DNA from: Eledone cirrhosa
Lineage: Eukaryota
Length of the DNA: 64,000 nt
Direction of reading: 5' to 3'
Assembly: GCA_964016885.1 (NCBI GenBank)
Contig: OZ024740.1
Coordinates: forward strand, 341,868,001 to 341,932,000
The notes under the pieces: generated by a model
What the model was told of the DNA's origin: nothing
Databases searched by the model: none
The model's input: the letters and a program-made list of their open reading frames with translations, nothing else
Translations under genes and position numbers: made by a program
In this document: one piece after another, positions 25,680 to 38,900 of the stretch
How the letters are laid out: each line of letters opens with the position of its first letter
How positions within the stretch are numbered: the first letter of the stretch is position 1

Positions 25680-28480
25680 TCATTACCATTTAACATCTAT
25701 TTTCTATGCTTGCATAGGTTAGATAGGTTGTCATGTTCTGAGGCCAGACAGATCAGATGAACACACCCTGCCCATACATTCCACTTTGGTTTGATTTCTA
25801 TGGCCAGATGCTCTCCCAAACACTAACCACTTTACCGGGTGGACTGGGTGCTTTTTGTCATAGCACCTACACTATCAACTTACAAGGTAGACTGAGTGCT
25901 TTTGTTATGGCATCAGTACTACCACTTTACAGGGTTAAATGAGTTGTCACCTTCCAAGAGTAGACTGGTCAGGTGACCACGTCTAGCTCATACATTTTAT
26001 TTTGCTAAGATTTCTATGGCTAGATGCCTTTCCTAACTTCAACTGAGCATTTGTACTACCACCGTACAGTGTATATTATCATGGTAGGGCATCGCTGGCT
26101 TTCCATACTGACACGGGTTAGATGAAGAAAGGAGGGGGTGCACCTTTGTCTGTATGCTGGAGGGATGAAAGGTGTGAGCCGGAGAGGACCAAGGTAGGAG
26201 AGGGGGACATAGTAAGGGAATGGAAAGTGGCCTACACAAGCAGGAATTGACATGTCATTACACTTCTGTTCCATCACTATTGTCCTCTCCATGCTCATTT
26301 CATCCTGCTCATGTGTGAAGGCAGGTCTTCTGTAGTACAATCAACTCGATGTGTCATCTCTTTCATGAAGTTTAGCTTCTCGAGGTTAAACTTCACCATA
26401 TCATCTCACATTTTCCTAGGTCTTCTTCTTCCACATGTTTCATCACTTTTAAGCACTCTGCATTTCTTTATGCAAATGTCATTCTCCATATGCATCACAT
26501 GTTCATGCCATCACATTCTCAAATTGCATCTGTCACCTCTTGTGCCTAAGTTAACTGATGCTTTGTCATTCATGAATACTATCATAAATCCATCAGAACA
26601 GGCTCACCTCATTTCTTTCCAATCCTCATGAGTCCTGTGCACACAAAGCCAAAGTCTCACTTCTATGTAGCATTGCCATTCACAAGCAACATACAGTTTG
26701 CCTTTCACTGTGAGGGAGAAACCTTTGTATCTAGAAGTGTAGTTGCTCCCAGAACGTTTTCCACCTAGTTCTCATTCTGGTAACTGTACTACAAGTTTTT
26801 TTTCAGATTTTCACTGATAATTTTTGAGGACTTGTATCTCCATTTTATATCATTAATTTGATATAACTTGTCCAATCATTGCTGAATTGTTTCTTCTTTA
26901 TTTTCATATATAACATATAAATTGTTTATTTTTATTTTACAGCTTTGATAATGAGTAGTGAAAAAAATTCCAATAAGACACATTTTGCCAGTGGAAAAAA
27001 GGACTGAGTATAAGGCCAGCGACAAAATAAATTAATGATGTGGAAGGCCCAGGAACTTCCAATGAATGTGGGGTACAAAACTGGTTCAGACGTTTCAAGG
27101 AAGGTGGCACAAGCCTCGAAGATAAACCAAGATCGTGGAGACCTTCTTTTGTGGAAGATGATGCCTTACTTGAAATGGTGGAACCACAGCCAAGCACAAG
27201 TACTTGTACATTGTCAGTAGAACTTGGTCCTTCACAAAGCACCATCAATCAACACCTACATAAGCTCATGCTTGTGAACAGACATTGTCAAGAAGTTCCT
27301 CATGAACTGACCAATGACCAGGCTCAATAACTTGTGAACATTTGCAAACAACAGCTAGCAAATCCTCAAGATGCCCATTTTGGGCATTGAGTTGTAACAG
27401 GGGATGAAAAATGAATTTATTTTAATGAAAAAACGCTTTTCAAAAGTAATTTGTTTGAAATACGAAAAAACTTTTACCCACCCCCAGTGCTGAATTTGGT
27501 TGCCTAGATAATAGAACCTGTCAACTACTTTTAAGAAGCCATCAGAGCATTTGATAGACCTTGTTTCATGTGAGTCCTTGCTACTTACTTCTCCTACATA
27601 TCTGCCACACACACTGCTACATCTCTTGTGTATCCATAGTTTACATATAGTACACAGGATAGAATTTCTACCAACTCCTTTCCTACATACTGAGCATGAC
27701 TTAAAGGCCTTTCAATTCTAGATTTTGCTTCAAAGTCTGGAATGTGTCCCACCATACCAGCAACTATCCAGTTGCTTTGCTCTTTTTCATATCCCTGATT
27801 GCCTTACTTACCATACTGCTGCTAATTGGGATGGCTGGTCCCTGTTGGATCTACTTGAAGCAGACCATTTCCTTCCATGCATTCAACAGTTTCTCCTAAT
27901 GGCACTTCCACACTTTTTTCTTTCAGCATCAGTGAGGGCAAGAGTACCACAATTATTTCAGATGCACTTCTACCTCACACACAGACTTGCAATCCTGAAC
28001 ACCTCATGCCTTTCATCTGTACAATGTAAAACATATGCAAACTTTCTATTTTTCTCCTTGCTAAGTGAACCAGATGCATAGCTTCACTTCTATCTTCTTG
28101 ATACTGTTCTTTGCTTCCTGCATTTTGCATGCTTCTTAGTTTTGATTGTCTCATCTACCCAACTATTCCACCACCATGTCACTATTCACCTCCCTGAGGC
28201 CTTGCACTAGCCATAGAACTTGTCTGTAGCCTTCAGCAAGTTATCACAATGGAACCTCCACTGCTCTTCTATATTGCCAGTCTCTAACTCCTCTTCCTTA
28301 GTGTTATAAGCATCAATCAAGCAAGGCATACCTGAATTTGTCACCTGTTGAGGGCTCCCTTGGTTTCCATTTCCTTGTATCCATCTAGCTCTAACTCTAA
28401 AGTTGCTGACTACTAAGTTATGTTGAGTGATACACTCCTCCCCAGGAAGAGACCATGTTTACAGCCTTCAGTCTATCTTG
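25680..28480 (-). mobile_element. Decayed, internally deleted RTE LINE interrupted by a mariner fragment
   Basis: RTE 3' UTR and tail at ~25680. RT C-terminal remnants run to ~26790 and resume at ~27475 (FYYLG, WWW region near 28170). Confidence 0.8.
26792..27472 (+). mobile_element. Mariner (Mos1/SETMAR-like) transposase 5' fragment
   Basis: ORF 27040-27330 VQNWFRRFKEGGTSLEDKPRS.RP...VPHELT, followed by a 'VTGDEK' first catalytic motif near 27390. Confidence 0.85.
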
Positions 28481-28919
28481 GTTTATAGATTACATTTAAA
28501 GCAATATACAAGGAATTTTAGGTCAGCAAATTGGTAAAGTTGGTAGAGCATAGGACAAAGTACCTTGTGGTATTTATTCTGAATTTCTGCATTTTGAGTT
28601 CAAATCCTGCTTAGATCAATTTTGCCTTTCATCTTTTCATGGTCAATAAAATATAGTACCACTCCAAGCACAATATGTAGAATTGTTAAGGTATCAAACA
28701 AGGTGCCATGTAATATTTGTTTCAGGTCTTTGTGTTCTGAATTCAAATCATTTTGTTGCAAGCATTTTGATTAAGTTTTTCTCCTACCAATCTTGAGATT
28801 CTAAAATAAGAGACATGCACTACTCTTCCTTCCTTGACTAAACAGTGGGAAAAAAATTCTTCAGTGAGTTTTCATACTAGTTAAAAATTAAAATAAAAAA
28901 AATTAAAAAAAACACTTAC

Positions 28920-28996
28920 AGAGGTGGTAAATTTGGCCTCTTAGATCGCATATTTGTGAGGCCATATTTAGATGCTTTCAGATCAGATACGGACAT
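28920..28996 (-). CDS. Gene A putative first coding exon (ATG at 28996; exon may start at 29074 or 29003)
   Basis: MSVSDLKASKYGLTNMRSKRPNLPP(L); the CT|gtaagt donor is in phase 2 and matches the next exon. An in-frame TAA at 29021-29023 lies upstream, consistent with 5' UTR. Confidence 0.6.
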
Positions 28997-30959
28997 ATCT
29001 TTCCTTTTAAATTCATGTTTTTATACGTCAGTAAACATTAATGGAAAAACCAATTCTATTATGGTGAAAATGCACTGAAACAAATTGTTAAATAAAATCA
29101 ATTTCATCACAGGAATATTGTTAAGTGAATAAAGTTTTTTGGCAAAGAAATTTCTGGTAACAGAAGAAAAAAGTCGTACACTATAATACAAATACTAATT
29201 ATTATTTACGGCCCTTGCCATTCTGAGTTCAAATCTCGCCGAGGTTAACTTTGCCTTTCATCCTTACGGGGTCGATAAAATAAAGTACCAGTAATGCACT
29301 AGTTAATTTGCTGGCCTTGTGCCAAAAGTAGAAACAATTATTATTAGGCATGATGTGGATTGACAGCACCGGTAGAGGGTCGGACGCCATGCTTGGAAGC
29401 ACAGTTACATCCCTTTACGGACTGAGTTCAAATCCCGTCGAGGTTAACTTTGCCTTTCATCCTTACGGGGTTGATAAAATAAAGTACCAATAATGCACTG
29501 GGTAATTGCTGGCCTTGTGTCAAAAGTAGAAACAATTATTATCAGGGCCTATGAGAGGAGTCCAGCTGGTACTTTGTTCCGGACCCCCAAGAGCTAAGAA
29601 GGCCCCACGGCATCCACGCAACAGCCATTTTAAGAGAAATCTTTGCCTGTTTCGGGCCCCAAAAGGGTCTTGTACTGCCTTGCAAAATTTCTCTTGGAAG
29701 ACCTGATTATTATTATCATCGTCACATTTAACATCAGTTTTTCCATGCTGGCAAAGGTTGTTCATAGGCTAGAGGAAGATGCCTCATCTATGACGCCACT
29801 GTCAATGACTCTTTCGCTCGTGCTCACACCCTAGATGTGGAGATCACGACACACCGTGCTGAACGGAATACACTTTTGAAATACTGTGATTTATCAGTAA
29901 AACGCTTTGTTTTTTGTTGTTTTGTTTTTTTTTGCTGTGGCAATGAAGTCGTTCAATTGGCTGCTGACCACAAGGTTCTTGTCATTGTTGCAGACCTGTT
30001 CACTCTCCCCGTTCGACGGGGAGACCTCCCATCCACTTTGAGGTGGGTGAGAGAAAATGGGTATAGCTTTCATGGGGGATTGGCAGTATCGGTAGAGAGT
30101 CGGACGCCATGCTTTCCAGCATAGTTACGTCCCTTTACAGTCTGAGTTCAAATCCCGTCAAGGTTAACTTTGCCTTTCATCCTTACGGGGTCGGTAAAAT
30201 AAAGTACCAGTAATGCACTGGGTGATTGCTGGCCTTGTGCCTAAATTAGAAACAATTATGTAAAATCTTCCCATTTTGCCTAATTTCTCTCCGTTTGGGG
30301 GCACCTTTTTCATGGTCCTCCCCGTTATGGGTTTTTAGCGGTTGGCGGCTTGCCTTATTGAAGTACCAAGTGAAGCTTGTGAGGTTGGCTTGGCTATTTG
30401 AGCGCTTTTGCCTTGCTATCACCTGTGGCAATTCCGTGCCTTTGTTTGTCTTAGCATTCCCTGTTGTAGTGTGTAATTAAGTGTGCACATCTTTTTTTTT
30501 TTCTTCCTCTAATTTTTATTGATTTATTTCTTTTGTAAATCATATTTATTACATAAATTGTCAAACATGCCATATTGTTGTTTTACTTGCCTTGAGCTCA
30601 TCAAGTTTTCATATATGAAAAGGTGTATACTAAAATGTATTCATTAGTCTTGTAATGTTGTATAAATTTACAGTAGAATAACGTTGCAAATATGTTTTAA
30701 ATATATACATAAATAACATAACAATGCGTAAATAACATTATTAATTGCTCGCAATTCGTTTAGAAGGACAAATATAATGTCTAAAACATCTTGTTTTCAT
30801 AAATCAAAACAAATTATTAAAACGAATGCAAGGACTGTTTTGTCATAAACCTCGTATTTCAAATTGAAACAAACATTATCTAACTCTAACCATTAACTTT
30901 ACCTCTACTACTAAACACCAACTTTAATTTATATAATTGTTTCACCAATTTGAAAAGCT

Positions 30960-31400
30960 GGATAATAACTAAGCGCCATTTTAATAGAGAAAACTTGTAT
31001 TGTTCGAACCTGTAGACTCCCCAGCACCACTACCATCTCTGACTACATCTATGTAAGAATGTGTAAGTTATTGCGATTATCTACGTTATCAAAGCCAACT
31101 TTACATTAGCTATATAGGTGGTGTGTATTAAATTACATAATGGTTATTATTTACAAAAATTACAAATAACATTTTTTTGTTTTAAAGAGAAGACATACAA
31201 CAGGGAATGCTGGTGTTATCAGACTTACCTATAAACAACCTATTCAATGAACTCAATAGCGACAATGAGCTTACTGAATTGACAAATTATAAGATTCTTA
31301 GTCACTGTATCCATCGCGAATTCTATCTATCAATGAAACTGGTTGTTTTGTTGTGTAGTAAAGGCTGATGTTAAGGTTCAATCATGAGTCAAACGTTTAC
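30960..31400. promoter_or_regulatory. Putative promoter/first-exon region with possibly overlapping head-to-head transcripts
   Basis: YY1-like CGCCATTTT at 30974-30982. Plus-strand donor gtaagt at 31063 and strong minus-strand donor AG|gtaagt at 31228. Lies about 2.2 kb upstream of the gene A ATG. Confidence 0.35.
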
Positions 31401-33206
31401 AATAACGGACCAAAAAAAAGGATATTTTAAACTAACTCGAAATTTAGAAAATGTACTTCAATAAGATTTTCATGTTTAAGAATGTTCCATGTTCAGGCGG
31501 ATTAAGTTTCAGAATTTTTAATTAAAACAATTACTGTAGCCTGTCAACACGATATACATTGGTTAAATTCTATCGTGATGGGTAAAAGATATTTTGAATG
31601 AGTATTTTATATTGACAAACGCTGGCATTAAAACGGCAATATGATGACTGCAGTTCGTTTCAAAAAAAGAGCAAAAGTCTCGGACAACATTGTGACCATT
31701 GAGGTGTTTCAGCTCCGCCATCCAGTTCTACAGCAGAACTTGACTGAATGCCATGCCCTCGCAATCAAACGATACTCAACAAAACAGCAACTGTCTCCGT
31801 ATTGGAGTTTCCTTTAGGTTCGGTCTCCTAATTAATATACGAGAAACACAGGTTACCAATCAATGCAGACGCTTTTGGTCTATTTGCTGTACCTTTTCCC
31901 ACGACACGCTGCTCTATCAGATTGTAATACATGGCTTGGACGCGATCAGCTTTCCATCGCAGCTGGAACCGATAGGGTTGAACTGAGGGCGTAGCAAAAA
32001 AACTCAGCAGCATCACAAACTTCCCGTTCCAAGGTGCCCAGCCCTTAACTGGGATGCGACTTACTTTCTCCAATGGAAACCTAGTGAGTTCAGTGTCAGA
32101 TCAAGTCTCCATTTCCCGTAATGTTCTGAAGGAATTGCGAGCAATTTATGTTATTTACGCATTTGTTACGTTATTTTAATTCAATACCTGTACAGTTATT
32201 TTTATCTTGCATATTCGTATTTTTATTTTATGAAGTTTTAAAATTTCGATATTTAAACAGTTTTAAGTAGCGTTTTTTTTGTTTTGTTTTTAAACTCCCT
32301 TAAAAATGAAAGTGTGCTGGCTTGCCTCAAAAATCATTCCCAGTACTCGCGACGTTGCTGTCTTTTGCTCTAGTGTTGGCTCCGTTGTTCACCCCTTCTT
32401 TTACATTTTCTTTAATATTGTAGCATTGAAAGAATATATCTTTCATTATATCATCCTTTGTAGTGTTACAGAGGCATTTGTAATGTTATTTATGTATATA
32501 TTTAAAACATATTTGTTATGCTATTCTACTGTAAATTTATTTATATGCTCTGTTTATATTTTCATTCTGAAAATGAAAATAAAACGAAAGAAAATTTGTT
32601 TAAAGGTAACAATTTTTAAAATTGATGTCACGAAATAATTCATCAAAGTTACTATTAAATGATTCTGATTATTAAAAAAATAAAGAAGATACAAACAAGA
32701 CATCGATAAACCAATTCTTTCAGCCAGTGGCATTCGAGGCGCCTGGGAGAGCTGGACCGCTGACAGCGAAGTTTTTGTCATCGTTAGCACTTCGCTTTAC
32801 TGAAGTGTCAGGGGGTACCCGTGAGGATACCTGGTTGTTTCAGCGCCTTAGCCTTAACAACAACCTGCCTTACCGAGGTGTCAGGTGATGCCCGTGAGGG
32901 TGCTTGGTTGTTTCAGTGCCTTAGTCTCGCTATCACCCGCAGTAATGCGACGAGTGTGTTGGCTTGCTTCAAAAATTTCCGTTGACTCTTGTGATGAGAC
33001 CGATTGACGCACTTAGTGTTGAATTGATGTTTTTTTTCTCTCGCTTTGATTATATATATTTTTTATATTATATTTATAAGATTCTTAGCAATAATTAATT
33101 GATTATTTGTATGTACTTTTATTTAATCTTATATATTTGTTATATACAGAAAAAAAGAAACCAGAATACGACAAAGGTGAACATCTCTAAATTTCCAAAA
33201 GAAACA

Positions 33207-33830
33207 AATAATAATTGTTTCAACTTTTGGCACAAGGCCAGCAATTACCCAGTACATTACTGGTGCTTTATTTTATCGACCCCGTAAGGATGAAAGGCAA
33301 AGTTAACCTCGGCGGGATTTGAACTCAGATCGTAAAGGGACATAACTCTTTGCGTCAAAGCATGGCGTCCGACCCTCTACTGATACTGCCAATCCACCGC
33401 CCTTTGAATAAATCCACTTTGAATAAATAATTGTTTCTACTTTAGGCACAAGGCCAGCAATTATCCAGTGCATTACTGGTACTTTATTTTATCGACCCCG
33501 TAAGGATGAAAGGCAAAGTCAACCTCGGCGGGATTTGAACTCAGATCGTAAAGGGACGTAACTATGCTGGAAAGCATGGCGTCCGACCCTCTACCGATAC
33601 TGCCAATCCACCGCCCTTTGAATAAATAATTGTTTCTACTTTTGGCACAAGGCCAGCAATTTCCCAGTGTATTACTGGTACTTTATTTTATCGACCCCCG
33701 TAAGGATGAAAGGCAAAGTTAACCTCGGCGGGATTTGAACTCAGAATGGCAAGGGCCGTATATCTATGCGTCAAAGCATGGCGTCCGACCCTCTACCGAT
33801 ACTGCCAATTCACCGCCCTTTGAATAAATA
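33207..33830 (-). mobile_element. Three head-to-tail copies of a young ~190-bp tRNA-derived SINE; other copies at ~9965, 18260, 25190, 25540, 29200-29530, 30075, 37604-37885, 57148 and 59705-60078
   Basis: Head ggcggtggattggcagtatcggtagag (A box) and B box gagttcaaatc. Central gcctttcatccttacggggtcgataaaataaagtaccag (Meta-SINE-like domain); (ATT)n tail. Confidence 0.9.
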
Positions 33831-35104
33831 ATGAATGAATATTACATAATTTATGTAGTAAATTTCGAAAAAATAAATAATTTAAAATTGACTTCTTTTC
33901 AAAGTTGCACTTTCGGTATATCGTCGCCACCACCACCACCACTACCATATATATAGAAAGAGTGAGTGTGTGATGAGAGAGATAGAGAGATTATGATTTT
34001 CTACACGCTGACGCGTATGAGTGTGCACATACATATATCTATATGTATGAGTATATAACTATAATCGCGCAAACACAAACTTATAAAAATACACCCTCAC
34101 GGACATACATTAACACAAATACACATACATTCACGCAAACATACATACATTCACACATATACATTTACACAGACACACACATAGTCATGATAGCAGCGTT
34201 CGGTGAATTGGAAATGGGAGGGTAAAACAAGTATAACGTTTTATTTATTTATTAACTTTTTTTTTTAAATTCATTTAATATAATGGTTACAGAACGAAAA
34301 CACTAACAAATATAATATATACAAAGGGAAAGGAAAAAAAGAAAGAAAAAATACACAAGCATTTAATGCATACATCTTAGACCACCGAACGATATACAGG
34401 CGAAAGAGTGAAAAAAACGAGTCGCTACCAGAGCAAAAGATAGAAATATAGCGAGGAGCACTGGGAAACCTCTCTAATAATTTTTGAGGCAGGCCAGCAC
34501 GCTTGCAGCGTTACCGGGGGTGATGGCGAGGCTGAGATGCTGGAACAACCAAGTGTCCTCACAATCACCAGTTACCTCTGTTTGGCGAGCCGCCAGTGAA
34601 GATAAGAATCTCGCTGTCAGTAGCCCGACTCCCCAAAACGTCTCAAACGCCACAGGCTGGATAATGTAGTTAGCTGACAGAACACAGTATTTTAGGATTC
34701 CGTTCAGCTGCAGATGCTGTAGCTCTCGCCCTTACCACTGCATCCAGAATGTGGGAAGAAGCAAAAGAGTCACTAACTGTGACGTCCCAGGTAAGGCACC
34801 TGCCTCTTGACCAGGAGCACAGAGTAAGACCGTCAAGTCTTTTCCCATCAATTCAGGACAACCCAGATGGTTCCAAAATTGAGGGGATGTTTGCCCAGGC
34901 CAAAGCTCTTAAGTGGTAATAGGACAGCACGCGAGTTTGTCGGCGTTCTTAAATTAGAGACACGTGTGTGTGTCACTGTCTTTAAGTGAGACATATATGT
35001 GTGTATCCCTTTCCTTCCTTTTACACACACATACATTCACACAAATACACATACACATTGCGTGATGGACGGGTGGACAGAAGTCCCTCAAATTTATATA
35101 CATG

Positions 35105-35740
35105 TAAATGCTGTTCTACTGAAGCATTTCAAGTATCTTGGAGCCTTGTTCATGAGTGATGGAATGCAGGAGTCTGAATTAAGTGCAACAATTTCAAAAG
35201 CTGATGCAGTAATGCGCCAGCCTCAGCATTCAGCAATCAGATGAAGGGGTGTTGATGTAAAAGCCAAACTTGCTGTCTTCCTGGTATTCCTGCCAACTCT
35301 TACCGAGGATCATGAATATTGAGTAATGTCCAAAAGAATACAATTGCAAATAAAAGTGGCAGAAATGGGATTCCTCTGAAGGGTCTTTGGAGTAATGTTA
35401 CTTGATAAAGTGCATAGCTCAGAGACCAGAGAGTCACTCCTGGTAGAGCCGTTACTTCTCTGAATTGAGAGATCACAACTCTGATATTATGAGTATGTGG
35501 TTAGAATATCTCAGTAAAGAATCGCTAGACACATTTTACAGACAAAACCAACTGGCAAGAGACCCAGAGGTAGACCCTGAGCAAGATAGTTGGATAACAT
35601 CCATCAGCTTGGCTGGTCACGCTTTGGGATCCAGCTGGATCAGTTAAAGATGTTTGCTACTGACAGACTCGCTGGACGGAGTGTTTGAGAAGGACTCTGC
35701 CTCCACAACCCTCTCAGAAATAAGTGGGTGAAGAAGATAC
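35105..35740 (+). mobile_element. Old RTE-like LINE 3' fragment (different family)
   Basis: FKYLG motif at ~35130, AEMGFL-like and GKRPRGRP-like remnants downstream. Confidence 0.7.
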
Positions 35741-35805
35741 TGTCAATTTACATATATTTATATGAATATATATTTGCATATAATACCAATATGCACACTA
35801 CATAC

Positions 35806-35950
35806 ACTAGCAGAAAAACCGCCCAAAGGGCGCTTTTTCTGGTAGTGTATATAATGTAAAATGAAATTGGAGTGCCCATATATATGTGTGTGTGTATGCG
35901 GGTGTATGTGACCTATATACACTGGTCACAGACAGGCATATATATATATA
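35806..35950 (-). mobile_element. Non-autonomous Helitron-like element; related 3' ends at 10366 and 52214
   Basis: CTAG|T 3' terminus with a subterminal GC hairpin (cgcccaaagggcg). Confidence 0.55.
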
Positions 35951-38900
35951 TATATGCACACATACACACATATATAATGTATGTATATACACATAATGTA
36001 TGTATACACACACACAATGTATGTATATACACACATATATATATATAACAAAGGAAGTGTGGTAAGGAACCAGGTGGACCATAACGTCCCAGAGTACTCG
36101 ATACTATGCCTAGTAGAGTGGGTAATAGGACCCCAACGGCTGAGCTCCGGTCGTTTTGACAGCTATTTCTGAACACAGTATTGTTAGCACAGCAGTAGCC
36201 TGGCTGAACTTATCAAGGGGTAATTCCATATATGGGCATGCACTCGTGTCAAGGAGATCTGAAAGTTGTTGCTATCAGGGGAGTGGTCAAAGTTTTTGTA
36301 AGCACAGTTAAGTTCCTAATATGTTGCAAAGGATTTTCTTCTTGGAAAAGAGAGGGGGGAACTCGACTCCACCCCCTCCGAGTTTTCTTTACCATGTTTC
36401 GTATTTTTTTTTAAATTTTATTTATTTGTTTTTTTTCCTGTGCTACCACCTAATCTTACTTCCGAACATGCTACGAAGGACATTTTTTTTCCCACGGAAA
36501 ACGAAATGAGAGGGGAAGGGCTTGAATTTTTTAACGGACCCGGGATTAGGATTGGGGTCAGGTTAGGGTTAAAGCAAACTTCCACAATGAATCTTACTAG
36601 AATTATGTTAAGAGTACATGTATCTGTGGATGAACAGGCTGCTCTGTTGACTGAACAACTGGAACATTCAACTGTCAAAACCAACATAGGTGCATCGGTC
36701 ATTGTAGCTGAAAATAATACTTTAGTTTTCAACAAGCATGGCTCGGATAACCCTCATTGTCTTGGTACTGCCTTGGTGTTCTTTAGCTTCTTTAAAAGCA
36801 ATACAGCCAATGACTGTGTATGTGACATTATTTAAACATTTTTTCATTGTTTTAATATAACCTGCCAACGGAATGATACATCATCAGTATGTGACCTCAG
36901 TTCCAGAAATTTACTTTCACTTTCTTTAGTCCCACCCTTGCAAGCAAGGAAAAGCGGACGTAAAATGATGATGATTTCTTTCTCAACCTAAAATAATATT
37001 TAACATGCGCTCTGTTCATGCTGTAAAGTGTTCATTTTGGTGCCACGATAAAAGGCACCCAGTCCACACTGTAAATGTGGTTGGTGTTAGAAAGGGCATT
37101 CACCTGTAGAAACCAAGCCAGAAACAGTTCTGTATGACAAGATATGGTCATTTGATCTCACTTGTCTCACAAGGCAACCCGTCTATCCCATGCTAGCATG
37201 GAAAATGGATGTTAAACGGTGATGATGATAATCATTGATGCATAGCTCTAAATGTGTATCACAAGAAAGAAGGTAATAGTGTTAATCTTCTGTTATAATT
37301 CCATTTACATCTAGGAATATTTTATATAAATATCAGATCCATCCCCAGTAATTGACTAGTACTTTATTTTATTGAAAGACAAAGTTGACCTCAGTAGAAT
37401 TTAAATTCAAAACATAATGGGCCGTAACTAAATGCTGCAGGCATTTTGTTCAATGCTCTAAAGATTCTGCCAATCCACATCTGACTTCTGCCGGCAGAGA
37501 GGGTACTGTAATTGATAAATGTTTTGTTAGTTTCCATTGTTAGGTTCAAATCTTCTCAAGTGGGCCATCAAGAGACTTACATAGTCGTTTGGCTTGTAAG
37601 AAATAATTATTTCTACTTTTGGCACAAGACCAGCAATTACTCCAGTGCATTACTGGTGCTTTATTTTATCAACCCCATAAGGATGAAAGGCAAAGAGAAA
37701 TAATTGTTTCTACATTAGGCACAAGGCCAGCAATTACCCAGTGCATTACTGGTACTTTATTTTATCGACCCCGTAAGGATGAAAGGCAAAGTTAACCTTG
37801 GCAGGATTTGAACTCAGAATGGCAAGGGCCGTAACTCTATACGTCAAAGCATGGCGTCTGACCCTCTACCAATACTGCCAATCCAAATAGCCTCAAATCA
37901 TACATCTCCTTAAAAACAGAGAAAACACATTGATTAATGTAGTCCTATATACAGAAGTTGTGCTCATCACAATTGAAATACCATTTTTGATCATAGGTTT
38001 TCTCAGATCTGAAGAAAGTAATAGATAATTCTGAGATTGTTTAAAATGTGAAAACTGTTTTGTTTTTTTTTCTACTATTAAACATACCTATTAAAAATTA
38101 AAATCTTTCCTTTCATATTATCTGACTTAATGTCAAATTTCTTCACTTTTATTGCCACCCCACCTTTCCTAAAAAAGAAGAATTATTAGTTTCTATGAGA
38201 CATTATGCAGCTGCTAGGAGGGAGACCTTCCACTTTTGGAATGTGAAAAATTCTACAATTTTAGCCATAATTGTTAGAAACAAACATTTTTCCATTTTAA
38301 TCTAACTTAAAATGTCAACCATGTTGAGAATTAATCACTTTACTACATGTCACCCATGGTCAGATATGTCATGAAATATATTCTACATTTGTTAAAATAG
38401 ATAATTTTGATATTTTTCAATGTAAAACTCTCCATTTTCACTATTAAACATATTTGTTAGAAATTTAAAATGTTGCCTCATTCCATCTAACTTCACGATT
38501 ATTGATCTTTTTTGCTCCAAAAAATATTACTTGTTTATATAAGACATTCTGCAGCTGGTAGGATGAAAAGAATCAGTAATCATTTTTTTTTTTTTCATGT
38601 TTGATTGATAAATATAATTTTTTTTCAGGGATTTTCATGTAGATATTCAGCGTTCAGGACTGCACACAAGGGAGGGGTGGATGGGGGTCAAAGCTCAAAG
38701 GGTTAACAGCAATTGATGTTCAATCAGAGCTGACCTGGTACTAAACTGAACTGAACACCCTTTTATAGTATCATTTCAATGCCTCTTTATTTTTCGTTCA
38801 ACAAAATAATAATTAAAGAACATTCAATTTAATAAAATGTATCATTTAGAACAACAATTAACTGAAATAATAGAAATGAACTTAACATTTCTGTGAACAA

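Larger units (their letters stand above)
29850..34960. mobile_element. Cluster of CRE-like (restriction-like endonuclease) non-LTR retrotransposon fragments: ~29850-30450 (+), ~31600-32140 (-), ~32310-32400 (+), ~32730-33150 (+), ~34230-34960 (-)
   Basis: Minus strand 34850-34480 reads DGKRLDGLTLCSWSRGRCLTWDVTVSDSFASSH...WLFQHLSLAITPGNAASVLAC. The same C-terminal motif is on the plus strand at ~32905 (FQCLSLAITRSNATSVLAC) and ~30390 (WLFERFCLAITCGN). Confidence 0.75.

Noticed and set aside
29021-29023. In-frame TAA in the gene A exon as a pseudogene lesion or A-to-I-recoded stop
   Set aside because: It is more simply 5' UTR upstream of ATG 28996, or intronic if the 29003 acceptor is used.
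33207-33830. Regularly spaced repeats resembling a CRISPR array
   Set aside because: The units are ~190-bp SINE copies that are dispersed across the window, with no unique spacers and no cas genes.
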